DNA of 64,000 nucleotides from Candidatus Omnitrophota bacterium (GCA_022709525.1 JAKLIQ010000001.1:210679-274678), one strand, 5' to 3'; positions 25,777-38,376 are shown, counted from the stretch's first letter. Notes: generated by a model from the letters alone, not told the origin. A program made the numbers and translations.

Positions 25777-27117
25777 ATGTCCTACCGGTTTCTGTGCGAT
25801 CATTGCGGTAAAAAATTCGAGCTCGAAACTCCCGAGGCCAAGGAGTGTCCGTTCTGTTTCTGGACCTCTTCGGTCAAACGGGAAGACGAGGCGGCGTTAA
25901 CTAAAAAAAGCGCTTCCGCTTCTTTCCGGAAAGCTGTTTCCGGCGCGGGAACGAAAGCCCCTCCAGGAAATCTCTCTAAAAAACTGGCCTTTCTTTGGCG
26001 GAGCTTATTGTTCGTCGTTCTTCTCGCCGCCGCGGCTTTTTTAGCGCTCAAGGGCTGGCAGGCCTATCGCGCGTCGTCCTCTAAATCACCCGTGATCTCG
26101 CTCGCAAAACCCGGAAAGGAAACCGGAAAAGCGCCGGCGTCCGTGGCGGCCGCGCCGGGGATCGCTTCTCTTTCAGCTAAAGATAAAGAAATTCTTTACC
26201 GCGAAGTGACCGTTCCAGCCGATCGCGAGCCGGACCCCGCCGAACAAGCGGTCCTCTCCAAAGCCGTTCCGTTCCAGACGGGATGGACGGAAAAGCTTTC
26301 CTCGCCCGTTTGGACGCTCGCGCAATACCAGAAATTGATCGCGGATCAGGAAGCGTTCTACAAGATGCCCTTTGCGCGAAGTTATAAGAAAAAACTCGAA
26401 GAACTTTTTAATGCCAAATATCTTGCCGCGGCGGACGCATTTACCCAAGGGGACATCCTTGCCGCCCGGAATCTCTGGATGGAATCGCTCGCATTTCCGC
26501 TTTATTCGACCGATCTTCAAAAACACCGCGCGGTCGCGTTGACCATGCTCCGGCCTTTCATCAACGACACTCTGTCCAAAGTAAGCGCCATGAACCAAAG
26601 CATTATGGAAAGCGGCAAAAGGGCCAAAGAAAAAGCGTTAAGCGAGAATTATCAAAAACTTGCGCAACTGATCTCTCAAAAGAAATGGCAGGACGCCCTG
26701 GCCCTCGCGAGCTCCATGACCGGGGCGATCCAGGAGCTTCGCAAGGCCGCCGCCCCGCAAGAAGCGCCGCCGGCCTATCCCGCTTCTTTTGGCACGATCG
26801 ACGCCGATCTTCAACGCGCTCTGATGGATCTGATGGCGCCGGCGCCCTCTTCCACGGCCGATCTTCAACCCCTGCAGCAGGATCTTGTCGAGAAAAAAGA
26901 GGTGATCGAAACATTTACGGAACCTTATCTCCAGAATGCCGCTGCGGCTTACCGCGCGGCGCTTGAGGCGATCAAAGCGGAGAAGTGGCAGGAGGCGATC
27001 GGGGCCCTTAGCGCTATCCAGGGCCCGCCCGCGCTGCAGGAAGATGCGATCCAAAAGGCCGCCATCCTTGCTAAAATCATCCCGCCCGGGCTTGATTCGG
27101 CGGAGAAAACAGACTAA
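25777..27117 (+). CDS. Zinc-ribbon-anchored membrane protein with Ala-rich extracytoplasmic helical domain; unknown function
   Basis: 'CDHCGKKF...CPFCFW' followed by a TM segment. Confidence 0.5.
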   Translation: MSYRFLCDHCGKKFELETPEAKECPFCFWTSSVKREDEAALTKKSASASFRKAVSGAGTKAPPGNLSKKLAFLWRSLLFVVLLAAAAFLALKGWQAYRASSSKSPVISLAKPGKETGKAPASVAAAPGIASLSAKDKEILYREVTVPADREPDPAEQAVLSKAVPFQTGWTEKLSSPVWTLAQYQKLIADQEAFYKMPFARSYKKKLEELFNAKYLAAADAFTQGDILAARNLWMESLAFPLYSTDLQKHRAVALTMLRPFINDTLSKVSAMNQSIMESGKRAKEKALSENYQKLAQLISQKKWQDALALASSMTGAIQELRKAAAPQEAPPAYPASFGTIDADLQRALMDLMAPAPSSTADLQPLQQDLVEKKEVIETFTEPYLQNAAAAYRAALEAIKAEKWQEAIGALSAIQGPPALQEDAIQKAAILAKIIPPGLDSAEKTD

Positions 27118-27134
27118 GCTTCAGGGGTCGAGGC

Positions 27135-27536
27135 GTGGAACAAGATATATTAAAGACAGGCGCCATTAAAATGCGCCGCGGCGTTTTCGCACTGGTCAAA
27201 GACATGAATGCGGCATCGCAGATCTCAAAATGCGCCTCGGGGCTTCATGTCGGCGTCAGGAATTTTGACGAAGCGCGGAAGCTTCTTGATCAGGCCGCGG
27301 GTGAAAAGCCCTTTCTGCTGATCCTTGATTTTGAAAAATGCGAAGCCGAAGCATTTAAAGCGCTCAAAGAATTGCGCGAAAATGCCGATTTAAAGAGTGT
27401 CCCTGCGGTGGGTTTCGTGACGCAGGAGAAAATCATGGTAAAACCGGAGGCCGAGAAGGCCGGATGTTCCCGGGTCTATATGAAAACGGAGTTCGGCAGG
27501 GAATTGCCGAACCTGATAGCGAGGTATGCGGTATGA
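27135..27536 (+). CDS. Receiver-like (REC-fold) single-domain protein with atypical acidic pocket
   Basis: 'VFALVKD...FLLILDFE...VPAVGFVT' matches the REC beta-strand pattern, with KD in place of DD. Confidence 0.4.
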   Translation: MEQDILKTGAIKMRRGVFALVKDMNAASQISKCASGLHVGVRNFDEARKLLDQAAGEKPFLLILDFEKCEAEAFKALKELRENADLKSVPAVGFVTQEKIMVKPEAEKAGCSRVYMKTEFGRELPNLIARYAV

Positions 27537-27838
27537 TCTTCCATGTCGGTCACGAGCTTCCTGTCACGGAGTCCAGAGAACTGGATTGCGAATCCCCGTC
27601 TTTTACGGCCGAAGAAACACGCATCATCAAAAACCAGATCCGCAAGAATATGGCCGTGATCGACGAGCATGTCCGCCGGATCGATCTTTTTGTGAATCAT
27701 GAGCGCCACGCGTCGCGCGCGCCGCTCGTCGAGAAATTGCGCGAACGCCTCGCCCTTTTAATGGAAGAAAATGACACTTTTCGAAGGGCTCTTTGGAGGC
27801 AATTTGAACGAGAAAGTTTTGGGACGAGCCTGATATGA
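27532..27838 (+). CDS. Hypothetical coiled-coil protein, translationally coupled on both sides
   Basis: ATGA overlap with the upstream stop and with the glgC start. Confidence 0.4.
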
Positions 27839-29097
27839 GCCGCCGCGTTACGACCTTGATCCTTGGCGGCGGGCAGGGGAAGAGGCTTTTTCCGCTCACG
27901 AGTTACCGTTCCAAACCCGCGGTCCCGATCGGCGGCAAATACCGCTTGGTCGATATCCCGATCTCGAACGCGATCAACTCGGGGCTCCGGCGCATTTTTG
28001 TCCTGACACAGTTCAATTCCGCTTCGCTTCACCGGCATATCCACCGGACCTATCCCTACGAAGCGTTCACGAAAACCAGCGTCGAACTTCTCGCGGCCGA
28101 GCAAACCACCGAGAATACCGACTGGTTCCAGGGGACAGCGGATGCCGTCCGTAAATGCTTGCCTCATTACCACACCGCCTCGACCGATGTTTTTTTGATC
28201 CTTTCCGGGGACCATCTTTACCGCATGAATTACAAGGAGATCCTGGGCTTTCACGAGATGCAGCGCGCCGATGTAACGGTCGCGACCGTGCCGGTGCCGG
28301 AACGCTTGATCAAGGGTTTCGGGATCATGAAACTTCAGAAAGACGGCCAGATCACGGATTTTCTCGAAAAACCGACCAAGAACGACGCGACAGAATCCTT
28401 TGCCATGCCCAAGCCGCTTTGCGACCTTTACCGGGTCAAGGCGAAAAGCCCTATGTATCTCGCGTCGATGGGGATCTATGTCTTCAACCGGGACGCGCTT
28501 CTTGACGTGCTCGCCGGAAAAGAGAAGGATTTCGGGAGAGAGGTCATCCCGAAGGCCATCAAGAATTACAAGGTCTTCGGCCATGTCTACACGGGTTACT
28601 GGCGCGACATCGGGACGATCGGGAGTTTTTATGAGGCGAGCATTGAGCTGACGAACGCGAATCCGCCGTTCAGCTTTTTATCCCCCGAGGGCCGCATCTT
28701 CACCCGCCCGCGTTTTCTGCCGCCTTCCAAGATCATCGAAACCGAACTGGATCACGTGATGATGTCGGAGGGTTGCCTTTTGACCGGTTCCAAGATCCAG
28801 CATTCGGTCGTCGGTTTGCGTTCGATCGTGGGGCCCGGGACAGTCATTCGCAAAAGCATCTTGATGGGTAACGATTACTACGAATGGCCGGACCAGTCGC
28901 AGGAGAACCGTATCGGGGTCGGAAAGAACTGCGTGATCGAAAATTGCATTATCGACAAGAACGTTTCGATCGGGGACGGCGTCAGCATCACGAACGCCAA
29001 AGGCCTCGAAGAAAAAGACGAGGATCATTATTATATTCGTGACGGGATCGTGATCATCCCGAAAGGCGCTTATATCCCGTCCGGCACCAAGATCTAA
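27835..29097 (+). CDS. glgC: Glucose-1-phosphate adenylyltransferase
   Basis: 'LILGGGQGKRLFPLT...KPAVPIGGKYRLVDIPISN'. Confidence 0.9.
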   Translation: MSRRVTTLILGGGQGKRLFPLTSYRSKPAVPIGGKYRLVDIPISNAINSGLRRIFVLTQFNSASLHRHIHRTYPYEAFTKTSVELLAAEQTTENTDWFQGTADAVRKCLPHYHTASTDVFLILSGDHLYRMNYKEILGFHEMQRADVTVATVPVPERLIKGFGIMKLQKDGQITDFLEKPTKNDATESFAMPKPLCDLYRVKAKSPMYLASMGIYVFNRDALLDVLAGKEKDFGREVIPKAIKNYKVFGHVYTGYWRDIGTIGSFYEASIELTNANPPFSFLSPEGRIFTRPRFLPPSKIIETELDHVMMSEGCLLTGSKIQHSVVGLRSIVGPGTVIRKSILMGNDYYEWPDQSQENRIGVGKNCVIENCIIDKNVSIGDGVSITNAKGLEEKDEDHYYIRDGIVIIPKGAYIPSGTKI

Positions 29098-29114
29098 TCC
29101 CAAAGAAGGCGGTA

Positions 29115-29441
29115 TTGAACCTCATGTTCTTTCGGCCAAACAACCCGGTGATCCGGAAATTTTGCTTTATGCTTCTGTTCTTGTCCGCCGCGCCCGCCGC
29201 TTTCGCGGTTGTCCGGGATGCGGACCCTGAACCTTCCTCGCAGGAGATCTCCCAGGCCCAGGCCACGATGGCTTCGCTTTTCGGCCGCGGAGCCACCATG
29301 CCGGCCACGCCCCGCATGGGCGGAACGATCGCCCTTCCTTCTTTTGACAATTCGGAGATGGAGGTCAGCAAAGAATCGCTTGAAGAAGCCCAGCAGAGGG
29401 ATCTGGACGCCGCCATGGCGTCGGCGAACGAGGGGATTTAG
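29115..29441 (+). CDS. Small secreted protein, unknown function
   Basis: Signal peptide 'FCFMLLFLSAAPAAFA'. Confidence 0.4.
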   Translation: MNLMFFRPNNPVIRKFCFMLLFLSAAPAAFAVVRDADPEPSSQEISQAQATMASLFGRGATMPATPRMGGTIALPSFDNSEMEVSKESLEEAQQRDLDAAMASANEGI

Positions 29442-30535
29442 TAATTCGCTTTTTCCAGTTTAAAAAAAGCGAATGTCGCGAAGATCATATTCCCGCCCCA
29501 CGCGCTTAAAAAAGGCCAAAGCCGCCCCGATTTTCCAAGAGCCAGAAAGACCGCGTCGCTTACGTGGAATGCGAATACCGAGGCCGCGCAGATCAGGACG
29601 CTCATCGCGATGGCTTTCCGGTTCCGCACCGAGCCCAGGAAGGGAATGGCCAGCAGCAGCATGACCACGCCTTTCCAGGGCGCCGCCAGACGGCTATAAA
29701 GATCGACTTTTTCCGAATAAACGGCGATGCCGTTCTCTTTGAGTTTTTCGATCGTATATTTCAGTTCATGGTAGGAAAGAAAAACACTGTCGCTGGCCGT
29801 ATTGATCAGGTCCCGCGGCGTGATCGTGACATCGGGGTAACTTTTTTGGGGAATGATCTGGGGTTTTCCGAGGACGTCGCCCTGGACATCCGTTTGATAT
29901 TCGGTCACACCTTCAAAGACCCAGTGGTCTTCGGCCCAGGCGCCTTTTTGCGCGAAGATCTTTTGGGTGGTGTGATGCGTGACGGGATCCAGCCAGATGA
30001 TGATCGCATCTTCCACCGTCTTCGTTTTCGGGGCGAATTTCCTGAAATAATAAAGCGTGTTCCCGCCGCTGTAATAAGTGACGTTCTTGAAAACCTTCCG
30101 GTCTTTGGCGCCTTTTTTCTTCTCGATATAGATCTCAAGAAGTTCGTTTGCGGTGCGATAGGTCGGCGGAACGACGCGGTCGGCCACCAAAAAAGTAATG
30201 ATCCCGAGTAAAAGCCCCAGGAAGATCATCGGCCGGACGATGGTCAGGATCTTAAGCCCCGCCGCTTTCATGGCCATCAGTTCATTGTGGAGGCCTAAGT
30301 GGACCAAAAGGAAGATCGTGCCAAGCCAGACCGCCCAAGAGATAGTTTGGGTAAAAGAGATCGGGATCAGGGAAAGGTAATAGCGCAGGATGATCAGGAC
30401 CGGCGTCTTATTTCTCAGGAGCTCGTCAAGATTATCGAAGAGGTCCGCCACAAGGATCAGGAATACAAGCGTCAGGGAACAGAAAACGATGGGGAAGATC
30501 AGCTCCCGCACCAGGTACCGGTCTAAAACCTTCAA
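29438..30535 (-). CDS. LptF/LptG-family LPS export permease (YjgP/YjgQ)
   Basis: 365 aa, 6 TM, with the periplasmic beta-jellyroll region typical of LptF/G. Confidence 0.7.
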   Translation of the reverse strand: MKVLDRYLVRELIFPIVFCSLTLVFLILVADLFDNLDELLRNKTPVLIILRYYLSLIPISFTQTISWAVWLGTIFLLVHLGLHNELMAMKAAGLKILTIVRPMIFLGLLLGIITFLVADRVVPPTYRTANELLEIYIEKKKGAKDRKVFKNVTYYSGGNTLYYFRKFAPKTKTVEDAIIIWLDPVTHHTTQKIFAQKGAWAEDHWVFEGVTEYQTDVQGDVLGKPQIIPQKSYPDVTITPRDLINTASDSVFLSYHELKYTIEKLKENGIAVYSEKVDLYSRLAAPWKGVVMLLLAIPFLGSVRNRKAIAMSVLICAASVFAFHVSDAVFLALGKSGRLWPFLSAWGGNMIFATFAFFKLEKANY

Positions 30536-30638
30536 AAGGGTCTCTCCTTATGGATTTGTTTTAAGAGGCTAGCGCCGCCCATTTAAAAATAACGTCACTG
30601 GCACAGCGCAGGTATCTTATCCGTCTGCGGGGCGAATC

Positions 30639-31406
30639 TCAAACTGTTTTTGCGTGGGGGCATTGTTTACAGTGCCCCCGTCCTAAGGGAGCCCGGAGAG
30701 CGACGCTTAGGATCCTGTTTTTTTCCTCGGGCGCCACGGTCCTGGCGAGGGCCAGGAAGTCGACCCGCTTGGCGCCGTGGTGTTTCAGGAGCCGGGCCGC
30801 TTCATTCGCGGTCGCGCCGGTGGTCAGAACATCATCCAAAAGAAGGAACGATCCGCCCGCGACGCGGCGGGGGTCCTTCAGCCGGAAGGCGCCATAAACA
30901 TTGATCGCGCGTTCTTCCCGGGTTAGCGCCGTCTGGCTGGGAATGGAATGGCGTTTGGCAAGCAGGGAAAGCCTGAGAGGGGGCGTCAGCCAGGGGGCGA
31001 TCATCTCGGCCAGGATCTCCGCCTGGTTAAAATGCCTTTTAACGAGCTTGAGGCGGTCGATCGGGATGGGAAGGATGGCGTCATACCAGAAATCCGAAGT
31101 CACGGCTTGAGCCAGCCGGATCATTTTTTCACGACATGTTTTTAAGAGATAATCCTTTCCTGCGTACTTCACGCCATGCAAAAGCTCTTTGAGCGGGGAT
31201 TCGTAAGCATAAAGGGCCCAGGCATGGTCCAGATGCTCGAAGCGCTCTTCGACTAAGGTTTCTTCCATCGGCCAGCTCAAAACATCCAAGCGCCCGGCGC
31301 AATCCCGGCAGAGAATGTTCTCTTCAAGGTGCAGCATGGCATGGCATATCTCGCACGCGGCGGGGTAGAAAAGGCGAATCAACGCTTCTTGGTATTGGCG
31401 GAACAT
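30639..31406 (-). CDS. comF: ComF-family protein (zinc finger plus phosphoribosyltransferase domain)
   Basis: 'CEICHAMLH...CRDCAGRL'. PRTase motif 'LLLDDVLTTGAT'. Confidence 0.75.
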   Translation of the reverse strand: MFRQYQEALIRLFYPAACEICHAMLHLEENILCRDCAGRLDVLSWPMEETLVEERFEHLDHAWALYAYESPLKELLHGVKYAGKDYLLKTCREKMIRLAQAVTSDFWYDAILPIPIDRLKLVKRHFNQAEILAEMIAPWLTPPLRLSLLAKRHSIPSQTALTREERAINVYGAFRLKDPRRVAGGSFLLLDDVLTTGATANEAARLLKHHGAKRVDFLALARTVAPEEKNRILSVALRAPLGRGHCKQCPHAKTV

Positions 31407-31482
31407 GGGGCGGTATTTTAATGGCTTCCGGAGAAAATCGCTACATCTTTGCGGCGGGGCCGTTTAAGCCCAGTTATTTTCT

Positions 31483-31510
31483 TTGCCACGCGGCGGCTTT
31501 TCCGTATAAT
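31483..31510 (+). promoter_or_regulatory. Sigma70-type promoter TTGCCA-N16-TATAAT upstream of rpsU
   Basis: Hexamers read directly; ~40 nt upstream of the GTG start. Confidence 0.5.
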
Positions 31511-31550
31511 ACCGCCCTCATCAATCCACACCAGAGAGGGTGAATAACGA

Positions 31551-31730
31551 GTGCTAAAAGTTGACGTTGGAAATCACGAGCCGCTTGAGCGGGCCCTGAA
31601 GCGCCTGAAAAAAAAGATGGAACGCGAAGGGATCCTGAAGATCCTGAAGGCGCGGAAGAATTACGAAAAGCCCAGCGAGAAAAGGCGTCGTAAATCCCGC
31701 ATGTCCAAGTCCCGCAAATTCAGCTTCTAA
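31551..31730 (+). CDS. rpsU: 30S ribosomal protein S21 (missing from the ORF track, 59 aa, GTG start)
   Basis: Manual translation 'MLKVDVGNHEPLERALKRLKKKMEREGILKILKARKNYEKPSEKRRRKSRMSKSRKFSF'. RBS AGAGAGGGTG. Confidence 0.8.
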   Translation: MLKVDVGNHEPLERALKRLKKKMEREGILKILKARKNYEKPSEKRRRKSRMSKSRKFSF

Positions 31731-31880
31731 TCAAGGGACTCTTTCCGAAAAAGTTCTCTGGTACCGCTTGAAGCGAGGAGTGTGTATTTCCATGTTGTGG
31801 AAATACGCTTCTTCTTCTAGTATGATAAATATTCACATGCGGCGATCATTCAGAACGAAAGGGCGGCGCTACCGCAGTCT

Positions 31881-33145
31881 ATGACGGCAAAATTCCAAGG
31901 TTTCCCCGGGATGGACGACATCCTTCCGGGCGAGATCGAAAAATGGCAATGGGTCGAAGAAAAAGCCCGTATTTTCTTCGAAGCCGCGGGATTTAAAGAA
32001 ATACGCACCCCCCTTCTCGAACCCACCGAACTTTTCACGCGTTCCATCGGCGAGTCGACCGATATCGTCCATAAGGAAATGTATACCTTCGAAGACCGCG
32101 GCAAGCGTTCGATGACGCTCCGGCCCGAGATGACGGCGTCGGTAGCCCGCTGCGTGGTCGAAAAAGGGCTTCTCACTCAGGCTAAATCGCTCCGTTTTTA
32201 TTATATCGGCCCCATGTTCCGCGCCGAACGCCCTCAAGCCGGCCGCAAACGCCAATTCCACCAGATCGGTGTCGAGATCATCAACGAAGGCGCCGCCGCC
32301 GATCTTGAAAGCATCGCGCTGCTTTACAAATTCCTCCAATACGTGGGACTTTCGGACATACAGTTGAATCTCAACGATCTCGGCGAAGAAGAAGGTCGGG
32401 TGAAAGTGCGCAAAGCGCTTACTGAATATTTCTCGAAAGAAAGATCCAGGCTTTGCAAGGATTGCCAGTGGCGGCTTGAAAAGAACGTGCTTCGTGTTTT
32501 TGACTGCAAGATCAAAGAATGCCAGCCCGTGATCGAATCGGCTCCCTGGGAGAATTTTTTTCCTTTAAGCGAATCGTTCAAATCGTTGGAAGAAAAACTT
32601 AAAACGGAAGGGATCCCGTACCGGATCAACAGGCGTCTTGTGCGCGGCCTGGATTATTATAACGGCGTTGTTTTTGAGATCACGGCCGAAGGGCTCGGCG
32701 CGCAGAACGCCGTCGCAGGCGGCGGCCGCTATGACCGTCTTTATCAAGACCTTGGCGGCAAACAAACCCCCGCAACGGGATTCAGTTTGGGGGTAGAACG
32801 CTTGATCGCTGCTTTGGAAAAATCAAATCCTGATTTCGCAAAACTCATCTTTCAAAGATATTGTTATATCGCTCCGATCGCAAATAGTCCGGAGGTCGAA
32901 CGCTATGTTACTGACATTGTCAGCGAACTCATCAAGCGAGGTTATCGCTGCATGAAAACACCCGGTGTTTACGGGTTGGATGCTCACCTCAAGAAAGCGA
33001 ACCAGTTCGGGGTCCGCTATATGGCGATCATAGGTTCAGATGAAGCGGCAAAAGGGACGGTCGCCTTCAAGGATTTAAACGCAAGGAAACAAGAAAACAT
33101 TTTAAAGAAAGATTTTTTATTCAAATTTGAAGAGGCGTTAAGATC

Positions 33146-33152
<7 letters not shown>
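31881..33152 (+). CDS. hisS: Histidine--tRNA ligase
   Basis: Class II motifs 'RTPLLEPTELF', 'FRAERPQAGRKRQFHQIGVE', 'GGGRYD'. Confidence 0.9.
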
Positions 33153-34939
<1,787 letters not shown>

Positions 34940-34957
34940 CGACGAAAGGGGCCCTCA

Positions 34958-35914
34958 TTGCAAAAGATCATCAAGCTGCATTCTAATGAAGAGGCAAGAG
35001 CGCTTTACGGCAATCTGGACCAGAATATCCGTCAGGCCGAAAAAGACCATCGCGTTAAGATCGTGGCCCGTAATGACCGGCTCAAGATCATGGGCGATAA
35101 GAAGAATGTCGAAGATGCCCACCGTTTTTTTGTGCGGCTCCTTGAAATGCAGCGCAAGGGCGGCAAATTGATCGAGAGATCGCCGGCGGAAACCGGCTCT
35201 AAAAAAGAAACTCACGTAGCCCCGCCCCATAGCGGAGGGATCCATTTCTTTCATCGCGGAAAAGTGATCCAGGCGCGAAGCGAGAACCAACTCGCTTACT
35301 TAAAAGCGATGCAAGCGCGCGATATCGTGATCGCGATCGGGCCCGCCGGTACCGGAAAAACTTATTTGGCCATGGCCGCGGCGGTGGAAGCGCTTAAGAA
35401 AAAATACGTGGCCCGGATCATCCTGACGCGCCCGGCCGTAGAAGCCGGGGAGAACCTCGGGTTCCTGCCGGGAGACCTTGCCGCCAAAGTGAATCCTTAT
35501 CTTCGTCCGCTCTATGACGCGCTTTATGATATGCTCGAATTCGACGAGGTGGCGCGCTATACGGAACGCGGCGCGATCGAGATCGCCCCGATCGCTTACA
35601 TGCGCGGGCGGACGCTTAATGATTCCTATGTGATCCTCGATGAAGCGCAGAATTGCACGCACAACCAGATGAAGATGTTCCTGACGCGTTTGGGCCAGAC
35701 CTCCAAGGTCGTGATCACCGGCGATATCACGCAGATCGATCTGCCGTCTCCCAAAAAATCCGGTTTAGTCGAGATCCGCAGTATTCTGGCGGATATTCCT
35801 GATATTCAGTTCATCTACCTGAATGAAACCGATGTCGTGCGCCATCCTCTCGTCCAGGAAATCATCAAGGCCTATGAAAAACATGAGCGCAAAAGAACCC
35901 AGGACGAATCCTGA
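34958..35914 (+). CDS. ybeZ: PhoH-like ATPase (YbeZ)
   Basis: Walker A '[11 protein letters not shown]'; 'ILDEAQN'. TTG start with GAAAGGGG RBS. Confidence 0.85.
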   Translation: MQKIIKLHSNEEARALYGNLDQNIRQAEKDHRVKIVARNDRLKIMGDKKNVEDAHRFFVRLLEMQRKGGKLIERSPAETGSKKETHVAPPHSGGIHFFHRGKVIQARSENQLAYLKAMQARDIVIAIGPAGTGKTYLAMAAAVEALKKKYVARIILTRPAVEAGENLGFLPGDLAAKVNPYLRPLYDALYDMLEFDEVARYTERGAIEIAPIAYMRGRTLNDSYVILDEAQNCTHNQMKMFLTRLGQTSKVVITGDITQIDLPSPKKSGLVEIRSILADIPDIQFIYLNETDVVRHPLVQEIIKAYEKHERKRTQDES

Positions 35915-35954
35915 CCGCTCTTTTCGATGCCGAATGCCCGCATGAGACCCTCTT

Positions 35955-36425
35955 ATGGCGCATGAGATCCTCCTGAAACATGAGTGCCCGAGGATCAAGG
36001 TGTCCGAGGCCAAACTTAAAAAAATCGCGGCGCGGATCCTAAGCGATCTTGGATTTAAAAAGGCCGCTTTAAGCGTCCTCTTAGTCGACGGTCCTGAGAT
36101 GCGGCGTCTCAATCGGCGTTATCTGCGGCACGCCTGGTCGACGGATGTGCTGGCCTTCAGCGAAAAAAAGTCTCGTGGCCGCGCGCAAACAAGAAACCCT
36201 GGCCGGGATAACGCCGATTTTCTCGGCGATATCGCGCTTTGCCTGCCCACCATCCGGTCCCAGGCCAAAGAGTATGAGCACACCTTCGAAGAAGAGCTCC
36301 ACTATTGCCTATGCCATGGCATTCTGCATCTGATGGGCTATGAGGATAAGAACCGGAAAACTTCGAAGACCATGCACCGTAAACAGGGTCAGATCCTCAA
36401 ACGCGTCAAAAAGAAAAGCGTTTAA
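35955..36425 (+). CDS. ybeY: rRNA maturation endoribonuclease YbeY
   Basis: 'HGILHLMGYEDKN' metal-binding motif. Confidence 0.85.
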   Translation: MAHEILLKHECPRIKVSEAKLKKIAARILSDLGFKKAALSVLLVDGPEMRRLNRRYLRHAWSTDVLAFSEKKSRGRAQTRNPGRDNADFLGDIALCLPTIRSQAKEYEHTFEEELHYCLCHGILHLMGYEDKNRKTSKTMHRKQGQILKRVKKKSV

Positions 36426-36431
36426 GGTTCC

Positions 36432-37193
36432 ATGAGCATTCATAAAACCGAAGCGCTCGTTCTTAAAACCTCGCCTTTCCGCTCCAGCTCTCTCATCGTC
36501 ACATTCTTTACGCCGCATTTCGGGAAAGTGCGCGGCGTCGTGAAAGGCGTCCATCGGGAAGGGGAGATCCGGCAGGCCGGGTTTGAACCGTTCACACATG
36601 CTGAATATATTTTTTATGAAAAAAAGCGTTCGGACCTTCATTTGATCTCCGAGGCCTCGATCCTGGATAGCCATCACGCGCTTCGAGACCGTCTTGAGGG
36701 GATTGCTTACGCCAGCTATTTTTGCGAACTGGTCGATGAGATGACGGAGATCCAGGACCCGCACCCGAGGATCTTCGACCTCCTCAAGGAAAGTTTCCGT
36801 TTTCTCGCCGTGATCCCGCCGCCGCGGCTGGCAACCATTTTTGTGGCGCAATTGCTCCGGGAGATGGGCTGGCTTCCTTACCTCGAAAGCTGCCTGGAAT
36901 GCGACGCCAAACCTCTAGAAGACGGTTTTTTTTCGATCCGTCACGGAGCATTATTGTGCAAAAACTGTCGCAGCAAAGACACGGCCGCCAAGCCCGTGGG
37001 GGCGGCCACGCTCGCTGTTTTACGTTCCTATAGTAGGGATGCCCTGGCGGATTGCCTTCGGGCCTCGCACAGCGTTTCGGTCGAAACCCAGATCAGCGTT
37101 CTCATCACAACTTTTCTTAACTACCGCCTCGGAAAACCCCTCAAAACCCGGAAGTTTCTCGATTCCATCCTTCCAAAATCCGCACCAAGATAG
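36432..37193 (+). CDS. recO: DNA repair protein RecO
   Basis: OB-fold N-terminus; zinc finger 'CLECDAKP...CKNC'. Confidence 0.85.
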   Translation: MSIHKTEALVLKTSPFRSSSLIVTFFTPHFGKVRGVVKGVHREGEIRQAGFEPFTHAEYIFYEKKRSDLHLISEASILDSHHALRDRLEGIAYASYFCELVDEMTEIQDPHPRIFDLLKESFRFLAVIPPPRLATIFVAQLLREMGWLPYLESCLECDAKPLEDGFFSIRHGALLCKNCRSKDTAAKPVGAATLAVLRSYSRDALADCLRASHSVSVETQISVLITTFLNYRLGKPLKTRKFLDSILPKSAPR

Positions 37194-37310
37194 AAAATAA
37201 AAAATCTGTAAGTTATTTATTATCAATGACTTATAAAATTAAGGAAATTTGACTTTTTTAAATTGCAATGTTATGTTTCCTTTAGATGGTGGAAATTATA
37301 CATAATTTAT

Positions 37311-37333
37311 CTATGCTATATATTGCTATATAT
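37311..37333 (+). promoter_or_regulatory. Extended -10 (TGcTATATA) with tandem TGCTATATAT repeat in an AT-rich intergenic upstream of 37350
   Basis: Shares the 10-mer CTATGCTATA with the promoter at 23478. Confidence 0.3.
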
Positions 37334-37349
37334 TAGAGAAAGATAAAAA

Positions 37350-38150
37350 ATGAGTGAAAACCAAGGGCAAGAACAAGTTATTCCGCGACTGTATGTCAGC
37401 CTCTCAGCTGAAGAGCGCGAATCGGCTATCTATTTTCTCCTCGAATCGATCCTTAAGGCCAAAGACCAGTCTCAAGGCCTGACGCGCACTCTTAGTTTTG
37501 ACGAGGATGTGAATATTTACCTAGCCCATCTGCTTTTCGCGGTCTCGCTGCCGGAATACCAAGACATGGCCGCGCCCTTTCTTTCCAATAACGCGGAAGA
37601 GATTTTTGAATGGGTCCGAGAAGCGAATGATCCGATGCTTCGCTATTTCATCTTCAAAGTGAATGCCGATCACCTGCTGATCCGGTCAACCATCTTTAAC
37701 CCGGATCCTGAGCTGGCCAAGCGGTTTTCCGTCAAGAAGAACGGAAGCGGGGACGCGCGGACCGAGGATCAGATGGCCGCCGTGCTGTATTACAATCAGG
37801 CGTCGCGTTGTCATGCCGGTGTTTATGACAAAAAAACCGGCGTCGGGGAAGTGCTCGGGAAGATCGCTTCACAGTTCGATGTCTACCGCCAGGTCCTTTT
37901 GAATGTCAAAACCGATTATTTCAAATTTATCGAATGTTTCCGCGAGCAGGCCTTCCAGCATTTTCTGGTAAAACTCAGCGCTTATGAAAGAGATTATTTA
38001 AAGGATATCAAGATGGAGCGGTTCTTGGAGCTCTATCAGAAATGGCTGATCACGAAGGCGCCTGAATTGAAAGGCCAGATCCTTGAATTGACCCGGGAAC
38101 TTAACCGCCTGGATCCCGGATTCCGTTTTGACACCGGGAAACTCGGTTGA
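37350..38150 (+). CDS. Hypothetical protein (266 aa)
   Basis: ORF with RBS 'agagaaagat'; no family recognised. Confidence 0.5.
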   Translation: MSENQGQEQVIPRLYVSLSAEERESAIYFLLESILKAKDQSQGLTRTLSFDEDVNIYLAHLLFAVSLPEYQDMAAPFLSNNAEEIFEWVREANDPMLRYFIFKVNADHLLIRSTIFNPDPELAKRFSVKKNGSGDARTEDQMAAVLYYNQASRCHAGVYDKKTGVGEVLGKIASQFDVYRQVLLNVKTDYFKFIECFREQAFQHFLVKLSAYERDYLKDIKMERFLELYQKWLITKAPELKGQILELTRELNRLDPGFRFDTGKLG

Positions 38151-38376
38151 AGAGCCAATGCCATGAGCCCCGTCCACTTGCAGCAGGAGATCCGCTCCAA
38201 ACTCGATGAATTTCTCGATGTCTATTCTTTTTATCTCAAAACCCGTATTTCCCTTATCCGGGACGAGGCACGCCTCCGCGCTTATGAACTCCAGCTTCTC
38301 GATCGGAACCAATTCGCGCGCGAGCGAGTTCGATTTCTTGACTTGTAAGTAGTAAAACAGTAGTATTTTTCCGCCT

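Noticed and set aside
38163-38348. 61-aa ORF between the 37350 gene and the small secreted paralogs
   Set aside because: It has no RBS or recognisable motif and sits 12 nt after the previous stop. It may be real but is unsupported, so it is not reported as a gene.
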